Assembly: GCF_006345805.1 (NCBI RefSeq)
Contig: NC_043005.1
Location: 55,118,001-55,182,000, forward strand
DNA length: 64,000 nt
Direction: 5' to 3'
Source of the DNA: Octopus sinensis
Taxonomy: Eukaryota
Translations under genes and position numbers: made by a program
In this document: positions 27,260 to 39,436 of the stretch, piece by piece
Layout: every line of letters begins with the position of its first letter
How positions within the stretch are numbered: the first letter of the stretch is position 1
The notes under the pieces: generated by a model
The model's input: only the letters and a program-made list of their open reading frames with translations
Databases searched by the model: none
What the model was told of the DNA's origin: nothing

Positions 27260-29024
27260 GTATATGATCTAATTTTTCAGACTAGAACAAAGTCTCAATG
27301 AACATCTTAGGTATGTTGCCAAGATCAATAACACACGGAAGATGTCCAGTTTTAGTGATTTTTCAATGCATGCCAAAAACTAAAAAGCTGGTTAGTATCA
27401 AATAGGCTATATCTGTTGTTGCTAGGTGTCTGAATCCATTTTGGCGTAGAATCTGTCAAGTTCCATTATATTCTTTGGTCAAGATTGGCTAGATTCCCAA
27501 CATCTTTCATCTGACTGTAAGAGTTTAACACTACATGTATCATTCAGTCATAATAGCCAGCCAGGTCACTTGACTAGTCATTGGCTGTTAACTTTGTTTC
27601 ACTCACTTTTTATTTCACCTAGAAACATTATTTATTCGAGTTTTATTAGAAGAAAATATTGCTTCTGATTGTTTATGAATTTCAGCCTTTTTAAAATTTG
27701 GCAGCATTTCTAAAGATATTTTTAATGTATACTTTATTCTTAGTAGGTGTTAATATAAATAAGAAAAAAAATTAAAAATCGTAAATGTAAAAGGTCATGC
27801 AGTACACTTTACTGTGGTGGTATATCATGTTACTTCTTCTAAATGCTGTCATCATTTTGTTTAGCATCCTTTTTTTTTCTTTCCAATGTTGGCATGGATT
27901 CCATTCATCTGTTTGGCTACAACTGTCACATTATCAGAAAACCTATGTTAATATTTGAATACAAGAGCATTTGTAATTGACACATATATCTTTGCTGCTG
28001 TGGTGCCCTCTCTCATACCAACCATTAGAATATGGAGAAAGAATTATTGATAACTTGGTTTAAATCTGACCTGTTAACACCTAACCCACACCTGCTCACA
28101 GGAATGTTACATGAAGATAATACATATAAATATTCATGCTAATTTCCAAAGCAGAAGGAGATGCTAAATAAACAAGACTAAAATGTTATTTCTTATAAAG
28201 AAAATTTTGGTGGAACTTAAGTTGTACTCCAGAATGTCTAGAATTCACCATAGCTAAAGAAGTAGAATGTAAGATAATTCAAAAAATATATTGGGAGGAT
28301 TTTATATATTAACAGTGTAAAACTATCACATTGGTTTATATTAAGGAAAAAGGAAAAAAACTTATAATATCAAAACAGCAAAAATAATATTGATGTTTTA
28401 AAAAGGTAATAATAATTTTACTTTTTTCTATGAATTATCAAAGATCTACTTTTCTTAATCAGATTTACTGTGATGCTTGTAATGCCATCTTTTCCATTGC
28501 CATTTTTCAAATAACTAGCATTCCCTGGAATATTACTTACACAATCTCCCTCTGATCTGGACTGATATATCAAAGTACTGTATCTTATAATGAATTCCAG
28601 TAGAAAATACTCTTTTTTATTTAACATTTGATTATACTCTTTTTACTGTATTATCTGGTGCAGCAAAATCATTTTTAAATAGAATGAAACTTTAATCTAG
28701 GACACATGAAATTCATAATTTTTTATAACTTAGAAGATTCTGTAGTTTAATTCATAAAAATCTTGCAATCCAAGACTATTTCTATTCTTAAAATTAAATA
28801 TATTTGATTTATATGAATATGAAAATATATATCATAGCATCAAGTTATATTTCTTGAAGAAAGGAAAAGTAATTCCTTTGTCCTATATAGCCTTCCTCAA
28901 CCATAGCTGCAATTCTTAAAAAGAAATGTTTACATTAAAAATATTTATTAGGTATACTAATTAGTTTGTTTTTTAACTTGCACTTCACAAAATAATTCAC
29001 AAAAGTTTCATATATGTGTGTATG

Positions 29025-29097
<73 letters not shown>

Positions 29098-32000
29098 TTT
29101 GAAACGATATATGATAGTATCAAGTTATATTAATTTTTAAAACAAAAATATTTCTGTACCCTGTACAGCCTTCCTCAACCAAAAGGATTGAGTTAAAATT
29201 AGTAGGGTTACTATTAAAATTAATATCACATGGAAAGATGGATATTAGAGGTAGTTTTTAGCAAAAGTATTTTAAATACAATTTAAGAAATACACAACAG
29301 TGACCAGTACATAATAACAGGTGTGTTGAGTATGTTTGAGTGTGAGTGTTATTTGGTGAATTCATAGGGCCTTGATACAGCAGAAAACTCATCACAACAA
29401 TGGTCTTAATAAAGAGTCTAAAACTGATATCAATTGATAATGACTATAGACTTAACTATCAATCAACTATTTCTCTACATTACATCTAATGTAAGACTAT
29501 TCCTGGTAATTTGAGCAGGACTTCATGAGGAACATGAAAGCTGTGTATACAATCAGTAGCTACTCATGTTTAAAGAACTTTTTGATCCAAAAATAAATAA
29601 ATGAAACAGGAGATCTGGCAGAGAATTTTTTGATATAAATATGTATAAAGCAGAGTAGATAACAAAAAGACTTTATGCTATTATTTTTGTGAAATGTTGC
29701 ATAGGTATTAGTTATTGTTTTTTTGTTTGAATAAACAAGAATCAATTGACAAAGTAGAATAGAGAACTGAAAGCCGACTGCCAAGATTTAAGGTTCAAAA
29801 AATGTTTCCTAATTCACTTAAAAATAAAATTAAAAACAAAATCACTGGTTACAACATTGATAAAATAAGTTTTTTATATCAAGGGTATTGCCTGTTCAAA
29901 CTGTTTTAAAGTTTCTGGATAATAGCCATACAGCACACATTAAACCACTGCCTTTATTTCATTGCCAAACATTCTCTGCTTGTCTTGTTGACAGTATTAT
30001 GACTAATTATTGTTTTTTCACTTAAGTAATGCAATAGAAAATTGATCTACATTCATTTTTGGAAACATTACACTATCCCTTTTCTGTTATTTAAAAGCAA
30101 CATTTTAAAGTTAGAACCAACAGACGGTTTTATTTAACTTAAGAGTGCATTAGCTGCAAGCTTATATCTTCATTTCAAATGTTAACATTATAACGAAAAG
30201 AGAAAGAAAAAAGAAAAATTGAGACTTAAAAAGTTTTTGAATGAAGGATAGCATTTAGTCAGCTACAACTTAAGTAAATTCTGTATAATATAGCCGGAGA
30301 TAAACTACAGTAGTTCTGGTTGAAGTAATTCACTTTCATTTATTCTACTTATAATCTTGGAAAAAACAAATATTACAATCTCCTAGTTTGACTCCTCACA
30401 GCTTGTAGAACGAATCAGTAATTTTTTCAAAAAGTCAACTGAATTACACTTTTATATCAACTCAAGGTTCTTTAATTTTTTTTAGTACTGTTTTTGCTAT
30501 TTAAAAGTATCTTGCTCTTCTGTAATTACTGATTTAGTGGTGCGAAGGATTTAGTGATAAAAATATTAGAATTATCTCAAATATTTTTTCTTTTTTTTAC
30601 CTTTTCTTTCTTTCTTTTTTTGTGATATATTGCTGCCTGACTTGATATTGGCTGTTTTATTCATAAATTAAGTAAATTATCTCCAGTAGCTAAGGTATCA
30701 AAATATATGGCTACTTTGTGATGGACATATAATTGAAATTATAAATAATTATTCTGTGAAAATAATTATTTTCACAAACAGATCTATTTATTTTATATAA
30801 TCAGATTTTCAGATAAATAAGTCATCGCTATCCAATAGGTTTGTCTGTTGGCTTAAATTATATTATTAAAAGCAATAGCATTGTACATTTTAGTCATAGT
30901 CAGCAGCAAGCCTAATATAGCCATCAAAGCAAAATAATTGGTTCTTGTTTGGGATAGAGATATATTTAGAATGGAGCATTCTGAAATAATACTAACATAT
31001 TGCTTTTAGTGTCAGAAATTGGATTTTGATCAATGATACTTATGTGTTTTAGTTTTAGTTTCTATATTATAATATTTCTATATTCTGTGATACATATGAA
31101 ATGCTATTATCTTCTATTCTCATTTTTTTCCATTAAAAAGAAAAAAAAATCTTCTCTTCAAATGTAGGATAAAGAAGAGATATATATCTATACACTTCAG
31201 TTCTCCATATTGGTGTAGTTGAAAAGAAAGGATTTTTTTTTTTTTGTTTTCTTTAATGTATGGCATGATATTTTGAAATGGAATCATTGCATTCTGTCTC
31301 CATGTGAGTTAAAGAAAAAGAATTTCTGTGAAGACTACATTTGTAGATGTGTCAAAACAACAAAAGAGACAGATTAGATGTTCATTGTATAAGCATCATT
31401 GCATGCCGAGTGAATATGGATAGCAAAGCATTCTAACCAATGGCCATAAATGTAGAAAACAACAACAATAACAGAGTGTTAGAACAAAAGCAGGATAATG
31501 GTTATTGAAGAACTGTAGTTTGTGATATTTGCTAAAAGCAATGTCTGCAATTAAAGTGACTTTAACTTGTATTCACTCTAGCTGTTGTTCAATGTTGAGA
31601 AGTCTTTGCAAGTGAAAATAGTATTCAATATGTCTTGCTTTTCTCATTCATGTTACAAGTAAGAAATTGCCAAGGACTGACTTTGTGTCCAATTTTTTAT
31701 GAGTCTTTACATTTTCACCTAGTCTGACAAAGGATATTCTCACAAAAATTTCGGCAGAGAAAAATAATTAAAGTATGCCAGACTTTATTGAAAATGTGAA
31801 GTGTAAGTAAGCATTGAATTATGACAAAATGTTATTGGGAGTTAAAAATCACAAGCAACTAAGATGTATAAAAATCATAGTTTTTCTGTATCCTTCCTTC
31901 TGCATCCAGATGAGTTGATATATTTTACAGAAATGAATGCAAAATTACAAAGTTTGTCTGATTTTTGCATACATCCATTTAATGTATTCATAAAGTTCTG

Positions 32001-32900
32001 TAATGTTTTGAAATTGAATTACAATAATCTATGCAATTTAGAATAGGAGGTATCCCTTCATCTGTGGAATTTCATTGAGTGTTACTTGCTGGATATAGGT
32101 GTAGAGTACAGAAATAATATAAAGAAAATAGTATTGTAATTACAAAAAAAGAAACACATTAATGGAATACAATGGGAGGCTTCTTGTTACTTTGGTATAT
32201 TAACTGAAGATAAAAGTAAATCTTTCAAAGATTTTGTGGTAAATATATTGCTACCTCAGCAAAGTTATTAATCAATGTTGCTAATTAATCAATTGATATT
32301 CCATTAGGCTCCTGTAGTTGTGACGAACATAGTCAGTTGCTTTAGATTAACTAATTAGAGATGTGTATTTTTCAGGAGGCTAGCTGTGTAGGTTTTACAA
32401 AAAAGACATATTCATAGTACATTTTCTGTAGTCCAACAGAGGACTGAAGCTTAAAATTGTCAACTCATTTTTTTTTCTTTGCTACCCTAAAGTAAAAAAC
32501 TGCACCTTCTCTCCTACCTATCTACAGCTGTGTGATGTGATTCAGCTGGAGTTGGGTGATTCTTCACCCCATACAGAACTGATGTAATTATCAGTGATGG
32601 ATTACAAATCATATTCCCTCCAGCTGCTGACTAATCGAACTTAGCAGGATTGAAGACATTTTCAAATGTCACTATGGTCAATGGGTACAGTTCCAAGACC
32701 TGAAAATCTGAAGTTACTGATTGTCAGAGTCTTTTTCTTCTTTTTCTTCATCATCATCATCTCATCATTCAGCTTTATAGCCACTGAGATGCCATTATCC
32801 TTTCCAAATTGATAAAATAAGTACCAGTTGAGCACTTGGATTAATGTAATCAACTTACTGCCTCCCCCAAACTTGCTGGCTTTGTGCTAAAATTTGAAAG

Positions 32901-32935
<35 letters not shown>

Positions 32936-34501
32936 TTATTACTATTATTATTATTACTATTATTATTATTATCTTCTTCCTTATTTGAGGGGTTTCAATG
33001 TAGGAACATATAATTCACCTCAGTTCCCTAATAAACCATTATGGTGGCATAGTTATTATTACACAGTTATGGGTAACATTTATTTATTTATTTATTTTCA
33101 CCTTTTTTTTTTATGCTATCATTGTAGAAAATCACGTAAATCTTTTGTTCAAATGTACAGTAGATGCCTTCTAGAGCTCATTTATGATCAGCAATCTCGG
33201 TAATTTTTATTCTTTCTTCTCTTACTGATATAAAACTATACATTAGTCGTCAGAAAGAAATCCAGTACATTAACCGCCACTGACTTCACCTCCTGATTCT
33301 ACTTAATCTTATTTAAGAAATGGATACAAGCATATTTATGGACACCTTGAGAGAAAGTTTCATTTTATCATTTTCTTATTAAATCACATAATAATAAAAT
33401 CTGGAAAACAAAAATAAAAAAAAAAGAAAGAAATAAAAGCTGAATAAGTTCCACGTGAAATGGAAACCAGTGTATTGATTTTTAATTTGATCAGTTAGTA
33501 ATCACCGAAAAGAAAGTCAGGAAACTTCAAGGCTACTTTTGCATAGAATATTTGATGAAGTCACTCGATCATTTCATAAGGGAGAGTATCAGGTTAATTT
33601 ATTTTTGTTTCTGTTTTTATAAAGTTAGTGAAAGGAGAATTAGTTTTTACTCTTTTGTTGAAGAGATTTAAATACCATGAATGGGTTATTTGAATAAATT
33701 CCCAAACTGAGAATATGAAGTGAAAACCCGTAATATAACACGTTTGTTGCAGTGCAAGGTATATAAAGTGGCAACTGTACAATTAGTTGCTCACTTTGCC
33801 CATTAAGAGGTGTCATTAAATGAATTGGTCACCCTTTAGTTCTTCAGAAAGTTCCAGTTGTCATTATTAAGATTTAATTGGAGCATTACCATTGGTAATG
33901 TTGTTTTGTTTTGTTTTTTTTTCTCTTTTTTTTATCTTGAACAGTTTAACACATTTTATGATTGTGTTTCATAAGCTATTTTCTTTTCTAAAGAAACTGT
34001 TTTCTCGAGTCAAAGTAGTTGGAAAGATGGATATATCATTGCCGCTGTTATTTATTTCATTTACATTGTTGAACGCTGGTAATTGAGGGACAACGCATAT
34101 TAGTTGAAAGGTGCTGGTTTATGGTTGAATTGCCCTCGTTTGGTGTGAAATCTTATTAAAGTAAGCAGCTGAAGGAGCTAGGAAAATATACAGCCTGTTA
34201 TCGATGAAAGAACCATTGCTAGTCATGCAGATATAGTCATTGATACAAATTATTCAACTACATCAGAAAATATAGCTGTATTTAATATTTTGGACAAAAT
34301 ACTGTAACAGATGCTTAAGCATTAGCTCAGGGCTACAATTTTCTTAGCTCAGGGGAATAAATCGAGCAAAGTCTTGGGCTCCACATTGAAACACATTATT
34401 TTTATTTATTTATTTTCTTTAGTTCTCTTAAAGTTGTAATGTACATTATATATATAGTCTTTTATATTTTTTGTTTTATTTCTGAATGTTTTTGTTCCCT
34501 A

Positions 34502-34879
34502 GGCGCAGGCGTGGCTGTGTGGCAAGAAGCTTGCTTCCCAACCACATGGTTTAGGGTTCAGTCCCACTGTGTGGCACCTTGGGCAAGTGTCTTCTACTAT
34601 AGCCTGGGGCTGACCAAAGCCTTGTGAGTGTATTTGGTAGATGGAAACTGAAAGCAGCCCATTGTCTATGTGTGTGTATGTGTCTGTGTTTGTCCCCAAC
34701 ACCATCGCCTGACAACTGATGTTGGTTTGTTTATGTCCCTGTAACTTAGTGGTTCAGCAAAAGTGACCAATAGAATAAGTACTAGGCTTACAAAGAATAA
34801 GTTCTGGGGTCGATTTGTTCAACTAAAGGTGGTGCTCCAGCATGGCCACAGTCAAATGACTGAAACAAGTAAAAGAATA
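34502..34879 (+). mobile_element. Full-length tRNA-derived SINE family A (similar to described octopus SINEs)
   Basis: A-box TGGCTGTGTGG, B-box GGTTCAGTCCC, CORE-like GGCACCTTGGGCAAGTGTCTTC, internal (TG)n, A-rich tail; about ten or more partial copies in the window. Confidence 0.85.
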
Positions 34880-36446
34880 TCCAAACTTTTCTCTGCTAGC
34901 GTTACATTTTGATGAAATGGTAAATGGGTGTCTTTTCTTGACCTAAAATTCAAATCCTGCCATGGACAACTTTACTTTCCATCTTTCAAGGGGTGAACTG
35001 ACTAAATCCTTCCTCCTTCACATTTGTGGTATTTTGCTTATATTAGAAGCAGTTGGTTAACCCAAACAGAATTTTCCCGGACTCCTTTGAATTTCTGTAT
35101 AGTTTAATGCTATTACACACCTGGCACTGATTAACTTTCCAAATTAATAAGTTTTGATATGTATTCTTGTTGAGGTTTAAGGCCCTAGGTCCATCTTTGA
35201 TTGATGAGACTTATAATCAAAGGTGCTTTAGCAATGATCACTTTGTCTTTATTTCAAATACAATAAAATTGCATTATCCTAAGTTCCCTTTTCTTTTTTT
35301 TTTTTTCTTTACATAGTTGGTGGAATTTGAGTGAGATTTGACTGCTATTTCAAACATGCCAAGTGGCTGCATATAAGTGCCCTTACTATTTCATTTAATC
35401 TTTTTGTAACTATTACCAGAAGTATATCCATCCATCCATCTATCCATCCATCCATCTGCCTGTCTGTCTAATTTGATTGGGTAAACTGGAGTGTAGGAAC
35501 AACCAACTGAGCACTAAATACTGACATAAGAGCTACACTCATTTACACACTATAGGGTTTGACTATCAACCTGTCATTTCAAATAGCTGTTATTCTATAA
35601 AACCTAGAAGAGTGAAAAACCTTGTTGGCTATGGCTGCATTTGATACTAAAATTTAGAGATTATTAAGCAGCATGCAAACTATATATTTTAGATTAACAC
35701 TTTGCTCTGAGCCATCAGGCTCTATTATATAGTTAATGCATCAGGCCTAATGGAAGTGGATAATTTACTTGGTGACCATCTTTAAGTTGGTCTGATAGTT
35801 TCAGGCCTTAAGATTTGAAACCTGTCACACTAATTAGAAGACTTTAATAATGGTAGAGTTGATTGCAAACTTTGTTTTAGATCAGTAAGCAACACTGTAA
35901 ATTAATGTAACAATGAGTCTGCATCAAAACAAATTACTATAAATTGATTTTTACAGATTTCTCCAACACAGAACTTAATGAAAAAAAATAAATTTTAAAA
36001 TTATATATGTATTGTGTGTGTGTGTCCATGGATATATATTAAATTATCTTTAATCTCGTTAATAGAAATATGTCTGGATTAATAGGTAAAATCAATTAGA
36101 ACAAGTGAATTTTTGAAAATATGTAAAGTATAAATGGAGAGAATTAAATCCATGTCGGGGTACGAGAATTAAATTTTTGTTTTCATTTGAACTTATAGTC
36201 CATTTCTTTTGCATCTGTTCATTTTAGAAATGTGATTTATAATATAAGAAAATATATTTTTACTCATTAACTTCATTATAACCGAAACAGCTAAGATGAT
36301 ACAGCATGCTGTGGGTTATAATTTTGTCTCTTTTGCTGCATTTAAATAATTCACTGCTAAAAGATTGTACTTTTCTAGTTTTCCTTATTGCTATGCTCTA
36401 TCTTTTATAGATTTTTTGTTTTAGTTTTACATCTATTGTTGTATAT

Positions 36447-36448
<2 letters not shown>

Positions 36449-36518
<70 letters not shown>
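36449..36518. repeat. (TA)n microsatellite, ~70 bp
   Basis: Uninterrupted AT dinucleotide run. Confidence 0.98.
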
Positions 36519-36522
<4 letters not shown>

Positions 36523-37245
36523 GTCACTGTTAGCTTGCATAGCCTCCTTCACTAATACAAACCACTCAAGTTATCTGTGGTAATTGTTATAATTACTTTG
36601 AAAGTATCTGATTTAAAATATTTTATCCACTGAAAAAAAGAAATACATATATATATAATTATTTAAAATTATTTTCTGGGTTTAATATTTGTGTTACTAC
36701 ATATGTCTGATAATCTATTTATTTCATTTTAAATTTTAACATTTTAAAACTCTAAAGCTGACTGTTTTAATAACTATTAGAAAGAAACTTATCCTTGAGG
36801 TTAATGTTTACTTTCTTAAATATATATTAAACCCTTTAAAACATTGTAACATATACATTGTTAATTTGGGTTATTGATTTTCCCAATATTATATTGAGTT
36901 TAAAATATCTATATTTATTATATTTACTACTTTTGCTAAGAAAAAAACAAACAAAATATTCAGTTTCAACATTTATGAGTAACATGCAGATAAATTCATT
37001 GATTACAGTAATAATATCGAATATAAGCGGTTCATTTATTTTTTCCCAAATAATTTTACTTATACATTCTAATGGAATACCAAACTGAAATTTCAAATGG
37101 GAAATGAATTATTCTACTTACTATGTTACAGCTACTGTAGTGGTTGTAACATAATACAAGTGGAATTACTGCCTATTCATTAGGTTTCAATGAAAGTTAG
37201 TTGCACTGTAAAATAGCATGTTTCTGTTTTGTCTTTATGTTTTTG

Positions 37246-37285
<40 letters not shown>

Positions 37286-38616
37286 CTATTGTTTTTCCCT
37301 AGATATTTCCCTTTATAAATTCATAGATTTCCTGTTTCGATTTCTGTTTAGCTACCCTTCAAAAACCAAAACAAATTCCGTCCGTCTCTTTCTCGCTTTT
37401 TTCACCCACTGCTGTTTGCCCACAACTGTACTAAAGTATCTCTCAATATATTGACTTCATTGTAATCCAGACAAGCCTCAGACTGTCTTTGAGTGCATGT
37501 CAGTTCCATTCACTGAAATTGATAGTAACTAGACTGAATTGTGGCAGCAGCACAAGCAGAAACTAATTCCACAATATCGATTTTTGTTTGCAACTTGTGA
37601 GAGACTACAGAGCTATTTTAATCTCTATCTCGTCTCTAACAAATCTTGGCTATTCTCTCTCATCAAATTATGATCGAGCCGTTTACTTTCCTTTTCACTT
37701 TGCACAAACAATAAGAATGTCATTTTATTTCCCATATTAGTCTTGTAATAAAAGATATTTGTTTTTACTTTGAGTTGCTGCTTGCTATTTAATTCACTTA
37801 TTTGCAGGGTAGCTTTGATCATTTTCATTCACTAATTACAATCATTAACAAACATCAATTATTAGAATTATTACTCCTAACTTTTTTCTTTGTTTTTTTT
37901 TTTCTTTTTCTCCTCTCCTCTCCTGCCCCCCATCCCCCATCCCCAGCCGAATATTCTCTACTGTTAGAGAGTGTAACGAAATTTATGTTTGCTCTCACCT
38001 CTAATTGAGATGATTGATAACGTTAACATTTATTGTTTATCAACTTGCACACTTGATATAGAAATTGCTTTCTACCTACAGATAAATTATTATCTAAAAA
38101 TAAATTTTTGTTTCATAAATTACTTTTACTTTTTGGCAAGATATTAGCGTTCGAAGTTCTCATAAATGGTTCTTATGATCATTCACATTCGGCTACATAG
38201 ATTTAGGAAAACTTAGATCTGTGTGTGTATGTGTGTGTGTCTTTGTCTATGAGTACTTGTGTGTGTGTGTGTGTGTGTGTTTGTCTATGAGTACTTGTGT
38301 GTGTGTGTGTGTGTGTACTTGTGTGTTTGTTTTCTCTTTGAAATATATAGGAATACATGTTTGAATATTTTTAAGATAAAAGTTAAAGGAAGTTTAGTTT
38401 GTTGTTATCTGGTCATTATAGAAGTTCCTTTATAGGTATCAGTTTATGTATGTATGTATTATATGTGTACATAATGATATATGAATACATACACGCACAC
38501 ACACACTGATATACATAATATATAAATGTATACACCACATACTTACATGTATGTATGTGTGAGTATATTGTATGTATATGCATGTATGTATGTGTGTGTG
38601 TACATATAAATGTATG

Positions 38617-38663
<47 letters not shown>

Positions 38664-38847
38664 GAATTTATTACAAAATTCCTTTCCAAACAAGTTAGAT
38701 GCCAAAATATGTGCATATATGAAATTTTGATGATGTTTACATTAAATCTTGGAATAATAATAGTGTGTGTGCATGTGTGTCCATCCGTCCATCTCCTTCT
38801 TCATCTTCTTCTTCTTTTCTTTCCTCTTCTTCTCTTTCCTCTTCTTT

Positions 38848-38882
<35 letters not shown>

Positions 38883-39246
38883 TAGTTTCATATTCTTTTG
38901 AAGATTTTAATGTTAAATGGAAGAACCTTGAGCTCAGTTTATATGGTAGAGGGATGCATAATGTATGACCTACAATATTTTAGATTGGTGATCAGCTAAT
39001 TTAATCTGTCTTTTTAACTTATCTCGTCTGATATCATTTAGAAGTTTTGTTTTTTTTTATTTGCGAGAAAAAAACAGATTTTTTTTTAAGAGTATATTTC
39101 CATCTATGAAATAGAAGTGTTTGCCTTCAGGTAAACTATAAACTTCTATAAATATGTGTATATATGGATAGAAGTATACTCAAGTACATGTATATGCACT
39201 TTAAAAGGTATATTTTTCAATATTTTTTTATTGGGAATTAGGTTGC

Positions 39247-39340
39247 ATTATTATTATTATCATTATTACTATCTTCATCATCATCATCATCATTATTATT
39301 ATTATCATTATTATTATTATCATTATTATTATTATTATTA

Positions 39341-39377
<37 letters not shown>

Positions 39378-39391
39378 CATTATTATTATTA

Positions 39392-39428
<37 letters not shown>

Positions 39429-39436
39429 CATTATTA
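39247..39436. repeat. Compound (ATT)n/(ATC)n microsatellite
   Basis: ~190 bp triplet run; source of the poly-Y/poly-I ORFs. Confidence 0.98.

Noticed and set aside
34502-34575. tRNA-like A/B boxes
   Set aside because: SINE head; no complete cloverleaf, so no tRNA gene called
38133-38160. TGGCAAGATATTAGC, similar to the miR-31/72 seed
   Set aside because: No complementary arm nearby to form a precursor
39120-39136. Other AG|GT juxtapositions (39130, 11800, 17270, 38434, 46832)
   Set aside because: Weak pyrimidine tract and/or weak donor; expected by chance
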